From Massalongia carnosa (lineage: Eukaryota), in contig OZ287067.1 of the NCBI GenBank assembly GCA_965645245.1, positions 1,984,001-2,048,000 on the forward strand: a DNA stretch of 64,000 bases. The letters run 5' to 3'. The notes under the pieces are model-generated. The model searched no databases. It had not been told where the DNA came from and was given only the letters and a program-made list of their open reading frames with translations. The number at the start of each line of letters is the position of its first letter. Within the stretch, counting starts at the first letter, position 1. Made by a program: the position numbers and the translations under genes. Positions 10,710-25,501 of the stretch are shown here, piece by piece.

Positions 10710-13005
10710 CTATTTGGTACGCGCAAAGGCCTTGTCAACTTCTTTCGTGTACTTTTGCAAAATAATTTTGCGGTTAAGCTTTTGCGACGCAGTCGTTAAA
10801 CCCTGCTGCCCTGTTAACAAAGATTTCTTCACCAGACGTTAGGAGATCAGTTTACATTTGCTGCATTCCATTCCTCGTCTGCCATGACCAACCCATCAAT
10901 GATCTCAATGCCAGCCAAGCCTCCCTGCCTACCAACCAATTGCAACTCTTTCAGCACGATATCGTTCAGTTTCTTGCTGTGTACAAGATCTTCAAGCCCA
11001 TTGCCTTCGATACCATTGTTTTTAGCTATTATTTTCAACGCAGGCTCCGCGGGCACAATAATGGCGATGGGTTTGGGCTTGTCCGTTGCAGCGTGTACAC
11101 AGATATTGGCAACCACTGTAGCAGCACGATAGATGGATTCCAGCTTACATGTGTTAGCTTGTGAAATTTCATACCCAAATTCCAAACTGTACCTTCTCAA
11201 GAGCAATATATTCGCCGTTCAGCGTCTTCACAAGATTTTTTTTGCGGTCGATAATCTTAAGATGCCCGTTCTGATCCCATTCCCCTATGTCACCGGTTTT
11301 GAACCAGCCATCGCTTGAGATTGCTTCCTGTGTCTCCTTCTCATTTTCATAGTAACCTTGAAATACGGGTCCCCCTCGGATCCATATCTCGCCTTGGGGT
11401 GGCTTATTTGTAGCGTAATAGCCGGCTTCCGCGAAATCGACGAGCTTAATCTCCACAGAAGAAGGTATATCTCCAAGAGCATCATCAGTCCAATGACAAG
11501 GATCACAAAGAGCACCCATGCCAGTCGTCTCTGTAAGACCATACCCAGAAATCATAGGGGTTATTGCCAATGAGATAAATCGCTGTGTATCTTTGGCAAT
11601 GGGGCCACCCCCATTCATACAGATACGAAGTTGTCCACCAGTTGCCTCCTTGAGCTTCTTAAACACCACCGCATCCAATATTGCCGTACCTGGCAAACCA
11701 GTAGACATAAGAAATCCTTTAAGCGCAAGAGCACTCCAAAAAAGATTTTTTACAAGAGGGCTGCCTTGGTTGACCTTTGCAATAATGCCCTTCTTCACAG
11801 ACTCCCATACGGCCGGTACACCGACAAGAATTGTTGGCTTAAACTCGCGAATGTCGCCCTTACAATTACGAACCGAAGCATCAGAAAGCGTTTTTGGATT
11901 ACCATAGCCCATGGTTCCGCCCCAGTAGAGACACGCGTTCTCGAAGACAAATTCTAAAATATGAGCAAGAGGAAGATAAGTAAGCAGTGCATCCCCAGGA
12001 CCAATGTACTGGCCAATGATAGTTGTAACACCAGCGACTATATGGGTTAGCTAAAACCATTTATTATATTATCAGTACTGGAGCAACTTACTAGCCGCAA
12101 CCACAGCCTTATGCTTCACAGGCACACCCTTAGGGGGCCCAGTGGACCCGGAGGTATACATGATGCAGCAGAGATCTTCAGGCTCAGGCGGAACGGCATC
12201 AACGGGATTACTTTGGCCTAGATGCCTTAATTCCTCGAAGCTCAAGACCGTGAGATATTTGTAATTAGTTTTGAGTTTTTCGATGTCGTCTTGTTTTGCC
12301 TCATCGTCACTATTGTAGATGACATATTTTACTTCCTTAGCCTCTCTGAGCGGATTGATTAAAGTCAGCAGGAGGTGAGGATCAGTATATATGGCTTTTG
12401 CTCGGGTCTGAACCAATGAGTGCTTAACTCCTTCTTCCCCTAAATTGTCATAGGCAGTAGCTATTGGAATGGACTGTGAGATGGCGCCATGTGACATCGC
12501 AAGCCAGCGCGCACTAAGTTGGTCAGCCTGAATTTGATGAGAGGAAGGTATTGGAGTATTTGTACCTCGTAGCAGCAAATAGATGTAACCGATCACCCTG
12601 TACAAGTCCAAGCTTTCGCAATCCAGCCCCAATATCTAGGGCGATTTCCTCATACTCCACAAAACTTATGTAGCTATATTCGCTCAGCTCAAAGTACGTC
12701 CATTTTTTGTCAACCTCCTTGGTCACACCATCCACAGTCTTCTTCACCTTCTTATTTTCATGGTGTGTCGTGATCAGCCGCCGTGTCCCTACGGCTTTGG
12801 CGTTGCCAAACTTATCGGCACTTCGTTTGAGGATGTCAAAGATGGTTCTAACGTCTTCTGAAGGAGTCGTGACAAGCTTGTCTTTGGAGCTTGGGTGCCT
12901 ACGTGGGATAGTTTCTCCTTCTACAGGCTCATAGCCTGAAGCCTCTACGCTAAATGGTGGACTTTGAGAAATGCGCGGATAGAGGGCTTGGTTTTTCTTG
13001 GACAT
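10710..13005 (-). CDS. FAA1: long-chain fatty acyl-CoA synthetase (Faa1/Faa4 family)
   Basis: CCIMYTSGSTGPPKGV (AMP-binding), GYGLTET, GWFKTGDIG and IIDRKKNLVKTLNGEYIALEK; several GT-AG introns; ends FARTK*. Confidence 0.95.
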
Positions 13006-13236
13006 GACTGTTCAGCAAGTGGAGTTCTTAGTTCAAGTTCTGAAGTAAGGGCTTGGAACAAGCTAGATGCTAAGTATTGAGTGAATAACTATTTATTAGA
13101 CGTTGCCTGGTGACTTCATTGTTTATGTACCCAAACTCGGGTAATAAACTTACGGTATCGTACGAGTTAAAATACCGTAGGTATTTGCCAAGTTAGGTAC
13201 GGAGTTTGTACTACGTACCATTTAGTTGCCTCAGTA

Positions 13237-14801
13237 CGAAGGATGACGCTGAAAGTCCTTGCTAGCGTATATGAGACGTGCATTAGTGTATATTAGCTTA
13301 CAAGGGGAATATAGTACTAAAATAGTATAGAAAATCTCGAATTGCTTCTGTTCTCGCCGTCAAAAGGACAGTAATACTACATCTGATATTCAGTAGAAGG
13401 TATTAATCATCATCATCATCATGCCCAATGCACAGAGCAATAGTCTCACGATTGCACAAAGAATACAGGCTTTAGCGCTTGTAGAACACGGAATTGCGGC
13501 AAAAATCGTCCAAGCAGTGACTGGAGTCTCCACAAGATCGATTTCAGCTCTCAAAATCAAAGCACGAAAGCGTGGATATGATCCAGCTGTATCTCGTGTT
13601 TTAGAAGTAGAATATATAGAAGATACACCTCGTTCAGGACGACCTAAAAAGGTAACACCGGAGGTAGAGCAAGCTATATTGAATAATGTAGTGCAAGATC
13701 GAAATAGCAGAGAAAAATCATCAGCTATGATTGGCTTTGATCATAAACTCTCCTCCACTACTATACTTCCTACGCTTAAACAGAATGGGTTTCGCCCCTG
13801 TAAAAGCACGAAAAAGCCAGGTCTAGATTCGATCATGAAAGAGGCTCGTCTGCAATTTTGTTTGCGATATCAGCACTGGACTATTGATGATTGGAAGAAC
13901 GTTATATGGACTGAAGAAACAAGCATTATATTAGGTTCTAGACGTGGGAGAAGACTTTAGTGGCGTATCTCGAAAGAAATGTATGCTAAAACGTGTATTC
14001 GACGTAGATGGAAAGGATGCTCCGAGTTTTTGTTTTGGGGCTGTTTTTCGTACGATAAGAAAGGACCTTTTCATATCTGGAAAACAGAGACCGCAAAAGA
14101 GAAAAGAGAGGCTCAAATTGAGTTAGATAAACTCAATGAGACTTTAGAATCAGAAGCTAAAGAGAATTGGGAGTTAGAAACCAGCATGAGACGAATGAAG
14201 CTACGTAATCCAGGAGGTCGAAAACCTATCTGGAAATGGGATAAAACACACGGTAAAGTCGTTCGAGATGGCAAGGGAGGAGTGGACTGGTATCGTTATC
14301 AAAAACTCGTCTTAATTCCTAAGCTTCTTCCGTTTGCAAAAGAATGTATGATAGATCGACCAAACACTATCGTACAGGAAGACAAGGCCCCCAGTCACGC
14401 ATCCAAACATCAAAATCTGATCTTTGTGGATTTCAACGTCATGCGTCTGTTATGGCCTAGAAATTCTCCTGATCTGAACATGATCGAGCCTTGCTGGTTC
14501 TGGATGAAGCGAAGAATCACTCGATTAGTGCTCCGCGGACTCGTATTGAGGCTGAAAAGGCCTGGACAAAGTGCTGGACGGAGGGGTTGACGCAGAAAAG
14601 AATTCAGTCCTGGATTGAACGTATAAAGCGACATGTTGACGAGGTGATATTGTTAGACGGAGGTAACGAGTATAGAGAAGGTAGAGAGATCGGAGTCGTA
14701 CGACCGTATAATAAATATCTATCCATGCAAATATACCCATGTAAAGTGGCTTTTTTAGCTGCATATTTAGCGTTAGCAAGGACTTTCGGCGTCATCCTTC
14801 G
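13237..14801 (+). mobile_element. Tc1/mariner (DD..E) DNA transposon, 1565 bp
   Basis: 31-bp TIRs CGAAGGATGACGCYGAAAGTCCTTGCTARCG at 13237-13267 and 14771-14801 (2 mismatches), TA target duplication on both sides, and an internal transposase. Confidence 0.95.
13421..14715 (+). pseudogene. Tc1-family transposase, frameshifted (3' end approximate)
   Basis: HTH region with PRSGRPKK, WKNVIWTEETS, QEDKAPSH and WPRNSPDLNMIE. Frame breaks near 13950 and 14520. Confidence 0.9.
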
Positions 14802-15274
14802 TACCTCAGACGTGCTGTCGCCTTTATTAACCTTTTCCGGTTAACTCGCCGCTAACTTATTTAGCCTATAAGTCTAACTTTTTATAGTTAGACTTTGCTT
14901 ACTAACTTCGCTCGCCCGAAGCATGCGTAGTAAGCTAAACAGAGTCTTAAACCAAAATAGTTAAACTATTCACTAAACTAGCTTAGCTTTAGACTAATAA
15001 TATACTAATCTGAATAGGTTTAGCTGTGGCGAGGGCAAGGCAGGTCTGAGGTACTGAGGCAAACCATTTAGTCGTTACCACCCAAAAACACTCCATACCA
15101 GAGTCTAAAGTACAGCCAAGCTACTCTGATACCATTGTCTTTCCTTCAACAGCCAATCCTCCTTAGAGCAGCCTATCGGCCCTGTCGCCAACTCGTTACT
15201 ATCTAATCCGAACATATTTAGCTGAGTATGTATCATTAAAAACACTCGTGACGAAGACAGCCTAGCCTCTCTAT

Positions 15275-16749
15275 ATGGATTTAGTGAAACCAGTGGACGT
15301 TGACTTTACACGTCGGCTCCCAAAGATAGAAGTCAGCGGAGCAAATATTGCCATGCAGCAATTAAGATATTACCGCTGATGATTTCAACAGTTGCACGCT
15401 CACTTGAGCGGAAGCATCAGTCGGGAATGCCTTCATGAAATGTGGCAGTTAAGGAAGGTCAGAGAACCTAGTTTTTCCATGGCAGATCCTCTTCTAGCAA
15501 TCATGCCACCGGGAAAGGTGGACTACGATATCAAAACGTGAGTTACAATATTTTCTATCTCTATCTTTGACGGCTTCTCGACTTTGGAATATGAACATTA
15601 GTTTTTGCAAGCATATGTTCATGTTTTTATACAGTGTCTTATTGAAGTGATTATCCTTGCTTCGTTTTTGCCTTGATTAGATTCTAGCCAAAGGCTGTAT
15701 CTTGAACCATGATAAGTTATAAGCTTCATACCCCTAGGCACTTTATAAACTATCGATGAGAAAATCTTCGGTAAATGAGATCCAGTGTGTAATCCGGCTG
15801 ATGAGCATTCTAAGTTTTTTCCCACTCTTCTCCAGTTATATATATCGCTTGTGCAGTGACATGGAAAGCCTGGCATACTCTACTACATCAGTCCTTCAAA
15901 GTTTTAAAGACGACGGCGTGGTCTATCTGGAGCTCCGAACTACGCCTCGAAAAATGCCCATTAACGGAATTAGTAAGGATGACTACGTATCGGCTGTTTT
16001 GGAATGCATTAAAAATTTTGGGGGAAATATCATGTCCACGTTTTTGGTACTTTCCATAGACCGGCGAAACACCAAGGCTGAAGCATCTGACGTTGTAGAT
16101 CTTGCTATAAAGTACCGTTCACACGGCGTCGTTGGTATTGATCTCTGTGGAGATCCGACACAAGGGGACATTTCAATCCACCGAGAAGCGTTGGCAAAGG
16201 CTAAGTGCCATGGTCTTAAGCTTACTTTACACTTTGCCGAAGTGCCGTTCTCTTCGGCAGACGAGGAACTAAAGACATTGCTTTCATATCAGCCGGAAAG
16301 AATCGGACATGTGATACATGTCCCCGACTTCATCAGAAAAGAAATCATTGCTAGAAAATTGGGTCTGGAGTTATGTTTGTCTTGTAACGTTCATGCTAAG
16401 TTGATTCCTGGGGGCTTTTCTAGTCACCACTTTAAATACTGGAAGGACAAGGGTTGTCCTCTGATTCTCTGCGTAAGTAAGAGAACCTCGGTATTACAAA
16501 GGCATATTACTGATATTCATTTAGACAGATGATGTAGGAGTGTTCGGGAGTTCCTTATCGAACGAGTACCTTCTGGCAGCTGAGCATCTCAGCCTTGATC
16601 GGAATGCCATTCTGGGGATTTGTCTAGCCGCGATTGAGACCATCTTCGGAGGCGACCAAGAAAAGGAGAGACTACGAGTATCCTTGTCCTCATTCAGGCA
16701 GGAGGAAATAGTTAACAGTGGGAAAGCTGAGCCGATAAATGACTTGTGA
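15275..16749 (+). CDS. adenosine deaminase-like protein (ADAL / N6-methyl-AMP deaminase-like)
   Basis: LPKIE|LHAHLSGSI, DGVVYLELRTTPR, VVGIDLCGDP, TLHFAE, RIGH, ELCLSCNV and C|TDDVGVF; 4 exons. Confidence 0.9.
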
Positions 16750-17447
16750 GGAGATTGATCTTATCCCTTCTTAATGCTCTTTTCGCTGAGGGTTTGATAC
16801 AATCTCATCCGACTTGTGCAGAGCCCGTATTTACCTTTTCATGGTAATTCTTGGAAGGTCGCACTCGTTCACCTATTAATCCTTGATGGGTTTACTATCT
16901 GGTACCTTATCCAAGTCCACCTGCATACAAAGCATTGCTTGTCCTCTCTCCGAAAATAGATATACTCCTCCTTCCTCCCATAATCCAAATTAAAAACTTT
17001 CTTCTCAAACCTTTGGTTCCTTGTTAGCCAATCTTTGCTAAGACGCGCACACTTGATTCGAACTTCCAACGTTTCAAAATAGATCTCTGTCACAATTTGA
17101 AATGGCCCCTCAACTCGCGACAGCTGGAAGTGGTACAATTTACTTTATATAAATGATCTCGGATCCCATCCGATCGGATCTCGCATGGAGGGAGACACGG
17201 CTTACGGTCACCCTACCTCCGGCGTACCTTCGAGTAATATGTACAAAATACATTGTTTCATCCCAATCTCGTGCTGGATTAACTGCCTAACACAGCCCCT
17301 GTCCGCACGTGACCATGTATTGATTTTGTTCCCATATTCTGCATATTCAATATGTAAACTACTCATTCTTCAAACATCCTTACGCCAATACTGACTAGTG
17401 ACAACAAACACTCGTCAATACAGTTGAGTTACGAAGTACTCCGGAGG

Positions 17448-18492
17448 ATGACAGTATCAGGCCTGATACAAAATCTGGGCGAGGAGATACAAGATCCTGG
17501 AGAAGGTATATATCATGGTAATCCTCCCCTCCCTTCGCGCTGATTCACTCCGTCCCACAAGAATCGTTCCAGCTGTTCTCGCAAGCGATTCCATCTCAGA
17601 ATCTCGGATTCGTCGATTCGAAAGCTACGACGCTAGATCTTACAATCGCGGGCCAAGATCTTGTCATCCAACAATCACCCACACTTCTGCTATCCGATAG
17701 AAAGGAAGGCACCACAGGGGCGGGTGAGTTGTTTTCAATATCAGTCAACGAGTCCACTCCAAGGTTTCTAAAAGGTTACGAATGACAGTTCCTGCAGTGG
17801 TGTGGAAAATCACCCCTTTGTTCGCGGAGTGGATTGCATGGGAAGAGAACGTGTTTTTCAAGACTTCTGCTTTGGACGCTGATTCTACCGTCCTCGAGCT
17901 TGGGTGCGGAGTTTCAGGCATCCTTGGACTTACGGTTTCTACAAAGGTGCGGAGTTACATAGCTACCGATCAAGAATATGTCTTCAAGCTTTTGAAGCAG
18001 AACCTCGAGGCAAATTCAACGCAATCGAGTTTTTCTAGAGACAGTAAGCAACAAGGGAGGAAAGCCGTGGCTCGAAGAATGGTGCGTGCCTCAACCAATA
18101 TCGAGGTTGTGGCTTTGGACTGGGAATCAAGTCTAATCTCCTCCCTGCCCAGCCTCTTTGGCCTTGGATCATCGAACTCGACCGATAGGAGTGATATCGA
18201 TGTGATTGTAGCATGCGATTGCGTGTTTAACGAGGCGCTGATCGACCCCTTTGTAGGGACCTGTGACACTTTGTGCCGTTTGGCCAAAACCAACTCATCT
18301 CGAAAGCCAACGATCTGCATTATAGCTCAACAGATTCGCTCGCACCTAGTATTCGAGGCTTGGCTTTTGGCTTTCTGCAGCAAATTTAGGGTTTGGAGGG
18401 TTCCTGATCGATTACTCCTTCAAGGCCTGAGGGAAGACTCCGGTTTCGTGATACATGTTGGTATCCTCCGGGACGAAGGAACAGACTCATGA
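17448..18492 (+). CDS. RKM5: Rkm5-like protein-lysine N-methyltransferase (SAM-dependent, family 16)
   Basis: SQNLGFVD...QQSPTLLLSDRKEGTTGA|VVWKITPLFAEW, VLELGCGVSG, ATDQ, ALDWE and IVACDCVFNEAL. Confidence 0.8.
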
Positions 18493-19141
18493 GACATTAG
18501 GTCTCATTTAATTGACATTGGCACGTGAACCAGTTTGATAAAAGGTTCGATAACATATCACATAGAGAACATCCATCTCTTCCACCAATCGTGATTATTC
18601 AATAAATGGATTACTCCAGCGTGGCTTTCGCGGACGCAGAAATCACCTATCAACATTTCAAGGAATGACTGGATAACTGGATGGCTAGACGGCTGGACGG
18701 TTGATTGAGTAAATGTCAATATGTGGGTCAGTCTTCAGTCGTGCTTCCCCTTTAAACAATCCAGCTACTCCGCAGGGTACCTACTACCCTAGGTCGCCTG
18801 GCGAAAAATTATCCTGGAACATGCTGCAGCAATCCTGAGTGGTTTGGGTCCGGGGAGGTCTTGGGGAACCGCCTTAACCCTTGCTATCGTAGACTTAGAG
18901 ATATTTCCTTTAAAGGTAGAAAGAGAAACGAAAGAGCTGATACTAGCATTCAATGCATGTGACGCGGATTATGATAGGGTATAGTAGTTACATATGAGAT
19001 AGGGGCGATTGCAGTTGAACGGCGATATATTACACGCTATAGATTGCCTCTGCCTTCTCGATAAGAAACACACTTTAGCAGGTGATATTCTGTACATAAG
19101 GGGACACATTAATACATCCACGCACCAAGCAGCAACCTCCT

Positions 19142-20289
19142 TCAATCCCTCTTCCCTACTCCCGGCGCCCCATAGCCGTTCATCCCAAAAACCCCACTTC
19201 CCGGAAACGCGTAGCCCCTTTCCCCACCACCTCCTAATCTATCTTTCCCATATTGTCTGATCCGTCTTGGTAGCTCTACACCCCGAAAATACGCTAAGCT
19301 GGCTGCAACACCGACGCCCGCACTTAGGAAACAATACACCACGGTACTGAAATGTACGTGCCCACCGAGCCCCTGGGAACCGGTTGCCGTGGTGCTCGGT
19401 GGCAACGTGGAGGAAGAATACCACCTCACGCTTAATTTCAGCTCCAGCGGGTCGCCAATAACGATGCGTGCCGAGTGACTTGAGAGGCTGGGGACTGAAT
19501 ATGCGCTTGCCGCTAGGATATCTGCGTCCTCGGCGGCGAGGTCAGGGGACGTATGCAGGATAACGTTGAGACGAGGGGAGACATGCAGGTGGGAGCGCTG
19601 GAGCGCACCGGCCAAGGCGAAGATAAGCGGGATGTAGTCATCCTGGGCGGATGGTATGCTAGTGATGATGGGAGCAGAGGCAGGAAGGGGGTGTGTAGGG
19701 ATGCGACAGGTGAGAGGGGCGTCGTTGTGGATGTAAAATTCTAGTAGATGAAAGAGCGGGTCGGTGATGGAAGGTATGGTACAGTTGATGTCTGTCCAAG
19801 AGCAGGTTTAGCAGGGGGTGTTTTACCGTAGAAAAGGGAAGGATGGGGCTTTACCGTTCTCGACGCCAAAATATAGCTCTAATGGACGATTGGTTTCATT
19901 GCAGGTAAGGAAAGGGATGTATTGAAGTTGGCCTTGGGAGTCTGTGATCTGTAGCGGTCAGCGCGGCTTACAGACAGTGGCGCCGGAGGGTTTTGTGAAG
20001 CTTGGTGAGCTCAAGTCACAAGAGATCCTTACGTGCTCCCCGGTATCACTGTTATGCGCAAAAACGATTGTGTCAGCACTGCTTCTGGAAATTATGCAAG
20101 ACCATGGAAGTCTTTGGCTCCAAGCCTAGGAATGACAAAACAAACGTACGTTGTCCGATTCAAGCAGGTAACTGGTATTGCTTGGGCAAGCGCGTAGCTG
20201 GCTTTCGTCTCGGCTGGCGGATTGGTTTTCGCTACGGCAAAAGCTACAAGCGGAGTTAAGAGAGGAACGAGCGACTGAAAAAGCAGCAT
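19142..20289 (-). CDS. uncharacterised type-I membrane protein (signal peptide, Cys-containing lumenal domain, C-terminal TM)
   Basis: Spliced: MLLFQSLVPLLTPLVAFAVA...IPVTCLNRT|...TCNETNRPLELYFG|...LEFYIHNDAPLTCRIP...IGDPLELKLSVRWY, then a TM helix and a Gly-rich tail ending GKRD*. Confidence 0.75.
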
Positions 20290-20642
20290 CGGAGGCGTGA
20301 ATCTTGGCTGGATCATGGGGAACGGGTTGGTGGAATCACCAAGCCATGTTACATGCAATGTTGCTTCTTGCCTGTTTACCGAGGGCCGGCGGAGGACAGG
20401 AGCGTAAGGAGCCACAAGTACACCTCCTTGCCGGTTTTCAACAACACGCAATACCCTAATAAGACATAAGGGATAGATACCAAGGCTTTGTTCAAGGTAT
20501 GCATGCATGCGATATCATCAACTTGACCATCATCCCACTCATTTCAATTTTTGAGCATCCTCCATTATCGTAAATCATCTCCGTCCATAACTCCATCAGA
20601 TATCCCCTTATACTATTTCCCTTAAGTCCTTCTGGTCTGCTT

Positions 20643-22407
<1,765 letters not shown>

Positions 22408-22873
22408 CGTGGGTGAACAGAATAAGCTGAGTAGAGAAAATTTGAATCTATAGACCTAGTCAGGTCTCTTGTAAGCAGCAGCTCTTGGTTGAATGTCTTA
22501 AGTAGTTGAGGTGAGAGAATAGAGAAGCAGAAGCAGCGGTTATGTCAAAAAAACATACCCCGAGAGAGGCCCCGCCGGGAGATCCGGCTGAAACCGGATT
22601 TTCCTATCCGCCCGAAAGTCAACCATGCCTCTTTACCATTCAGCTTACTTTGCTAGACAATTGGCCTTTTAAAGGAACAATAAAAGCAAGCTGTTGGACA
22701 GTGGTAGACTTGCATCATGTAATAGATTCCTATTCATTTTGCTATATAACACCTCCGCCCCTGGTGAACATAGCATAACCTGTTGGAAAAGATAACCAAC
22801 CCACCCACCATCCACGCTTGCTCAAATGAGGTTGAGATCGGTGCTAATACCCACCTATCTAGTATGAGTGAGT

Positions 22874-25066
22874 TTACCGTGTAACACTACCAAACGCGGC
22901 ATCCTTCACGCTGCCACCCGCATCTCCCAACCCAGCAACGGGACGGTTGTAAGACCAGCCTGTGAACTGCTGTTGCATCGTCTGCGAGAGCATCGGCCCA
23001 TCGACATACGAGTCGGTCGGCGCTTCTGATGTGAACTCACGATCAAAATTGCCTGTGTCCAATGCGTCGGCCTAGGCCTTGGTTAGCGTATTATTGTTCA
23101 GCACATTCAAGAGTAAAGTTGTGCATACCACATTCGGCTTAAAGGTAGGATCATATTTCCTCTGCAACAATTTCCTCCAGTCAATGCTGTGGAAGAACGG
23201 ATGGGCCTTGATCTCTGAAGGGCCTTTGGCACCTAATCTGTGTTCCGGTCTACGGTCAAGGAGTTGCGTTAACAAATCCTTCGCAGCTGGTGGGACGATA
23301 TCGGGGCCTGGGAAATGGAGCGGTTCTGATAGAATTTTCCTATACATTTCGTTCGTGTTCTCGTCGTAGTACGGCGGAAGACCTGTAAGCATTTCGTAAA
23401 GAAGTACTCCAAGGGTCCACCAATCCACAGTCTTATTATATCCTTGGCCAAGAAGAAGTTCGGGAGCAAGATATTCAGGGGTACCACAGAAGGCTATTTT
23501 CCATGTTAATATCAGTTGTGTTTAATTTAATGCAGGAGACTGACTATTCGTTCGATCTTCGTCCTTCATGTCTAGCTTGCAGAGACCAAAGTCACAAAGC
23601 GCAATATGACCGGAATAATCGAGTAGAATGTTCTCAGGTTTGAGATCCCGGTACACAACGTTAAAGCCGTGAAGACATTCTAAGGCGCACAGAAGCTCTG
23701 CCGTGTAAAATCTTGATCGATTGATGTCAAATCGCTGTTCTCTCTGTAGGTGGTGAAACAACTCTCCCCCATTAACAAAAGCAAGCACGAAGTAAAGCTT
23801 CTCTGGGGACTGAAATGAGAATTTAAGGGGTACGATGAAAGGGTTGTTGATTTGAGCAAGAACAGACCGCTCGGCGAGGGTATGCGATACTTCCGAACGA
23901 GAAATGATATGGGCTTTTCTAATGGTTTTCAGGGCATATATCCTATGGGTGTCTCGTTTCCTAATACGAGGGATTCGTTAGTCTGCATGTTGTTTCCATG
24001 CAAAGCATGAACTAGAATGATACTGACATGACCTGCATGACTTTCCCAAAGCTGCCTTTTCCAACAACCTTGAGGAGCTCAAAATCCTCAATCTTGAGCG
24101 TCCGTTGCCGAGTCTCAACAAAGGTAACACCAACTTTGAGATATCCGGTTCCGAAAGCGACTTCTAGCCACTCAGATCCACTTTGTCCAAGTTGTCGCTC
24201 TTGCTGTGCAAATGCCGCTACCCCCTTTTCTCTCTCCTTCTTGGTGGCTTTTGGGTCTTCTATGTACTGTTTCGGCTCTTCGAACCGCGGATTAACTCGA
24301 CAGACACCTAGAAAAATATCCTCGCTTCTGCCGGCATCAGGTCTTGCGTTTGGATTCCGTAGATACAACTGAACCGAAAGATCTGTTGCACGGGAGACGT
24401 CAAATTTGTAAGAGGTATTATCGCCTGCCCAATAAGGATTTTCTGGGCTTCCAGATACAGCATCAACGAAAACTTGTAGCTTGTCGAAATCTAGTAGCGC
24501 GTACGGGAGGTGCCGAGACGAGTATCGGCCATGAATCGTTGGGGCAGCATTTATTGCGCTATTGCTTGACTGCGGGCGGCCATTGGCATATGAGCCTGTT
24601 AGACCACCGGGAGTACGGGAGAGCGAAGGATCACCACGTATCGACCCGGCCACGGAAAATCCACCATTATTGGAGGCTGCATTTTGCATTTGAGAGGTAT
24701 ATGCTTGTTGATAGTGGGGAGGTAGAGAAAACCCCTTGCCTTCATGAAGAGTGACTATGAGTATACCAGGCTTGGTCGGGGCTACCAAAGGTGACACCAA
24801 GGCTTCGGAAGCAGCTAGTCATCGTAAGTTGGAGCACGTTATCCGTAGTCTGTGTCTTCAGACCTATACCATTGTTGTTTGCAATACTAGACTTCTCCTC
24901 AATTGGCTCGGGTGCTTCGCCCTTGAGTGTTGATGTTGAGGTTGACCGACCCCCTAAAGGATTCTTCAAGGGCCCTAAATGGGTTTCCTTGAACTCTGCA
25001 ACCGATCAGACTTCAATTCTTCGAGACAACGGTGACATGCCTACTCTTTGTTAAGTTCCATGACAT
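22874..25066 (-). CDS. YPK1: AGC kinase Ypk1/Gad8
   Basis: 22-nt first exon MSWNLTK, C2-like domain, GKGSFGKV, YRDLKPEN, DFGLCK, FCGTPEYLAPE and the hydrophobic motif FTGWSY. Confidence 0.95.
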
Positions 25067-25406
25067 GGCTTCTGTGTGTGTATGAATCAATGTGACCAGA
25101 AGTCGCGCGATCAAAGAGAACTTATAGTCTATGTGTTCACAACAACGATTAGATTAAATGTTGGTATGACAGAAGAGCGTCCTTTGATGGGCTGGTGCTG
25201 GTACCCGGAGTGCGGAGAAGTGCACTAGCAGCAATCAATCGGATGGAGGCGAGGAACGATGGACGACCAGAAAGGTAACTACTTCGCGAAAAAATACAGA
25301 GGACCGAGTATATATGAGTTGACTCGTCACTCAGCACTTCATATAAAGTACCGTGGCCAGATTGGGAAGTTGGAGGGAGGTATGTACCTCCGTATTCTAT
25401 TTGAAT

Positions 25407-25501
25407 AACTAACCGTGCGACCGAGGTAAATCCGATGGACTGCACCTGGAGCGTAGCTCCAGGTGCAGTCCATCGGATTTACCTCGGTCGCACGGTTAGT
25501 T
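25407..25501. repeat. perfect inverted repeat (46-bp arms, 3-nt loop); probable minimal TA-flanked MITE at 25412-25496
   Basis: AACTA-ACCGTGCGACCGAGGTAAATCCGATGGACTGCACCTGGAGC, loop GTA, then the exact reverse complement. TA lies at 25410-11 and 25497-98. Confidence 0.92.

Larger units (their letters stand above)
13226..15062. mobile_element. non-autonomous TIR element (MITE, ~270 bp when reconstructed) interrupted by the Tc1/mariner element
   Basis: 9-bp direct repeat ACCATTTAG at 13217-13225 and 15063-15071. The right TIR 15040-15062 matches the left TIR rebuilt from 13226-13236 plus 14804-14815 at 22 of 23 bases. Confidence 0.85.

Noticed and set aside
15538..15814. Long ADAL intron as a snoRNA host
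   Set aside because: There is no canonical RTGATGA C box, and the CTGA near the 3' end is better explained as the branch site.
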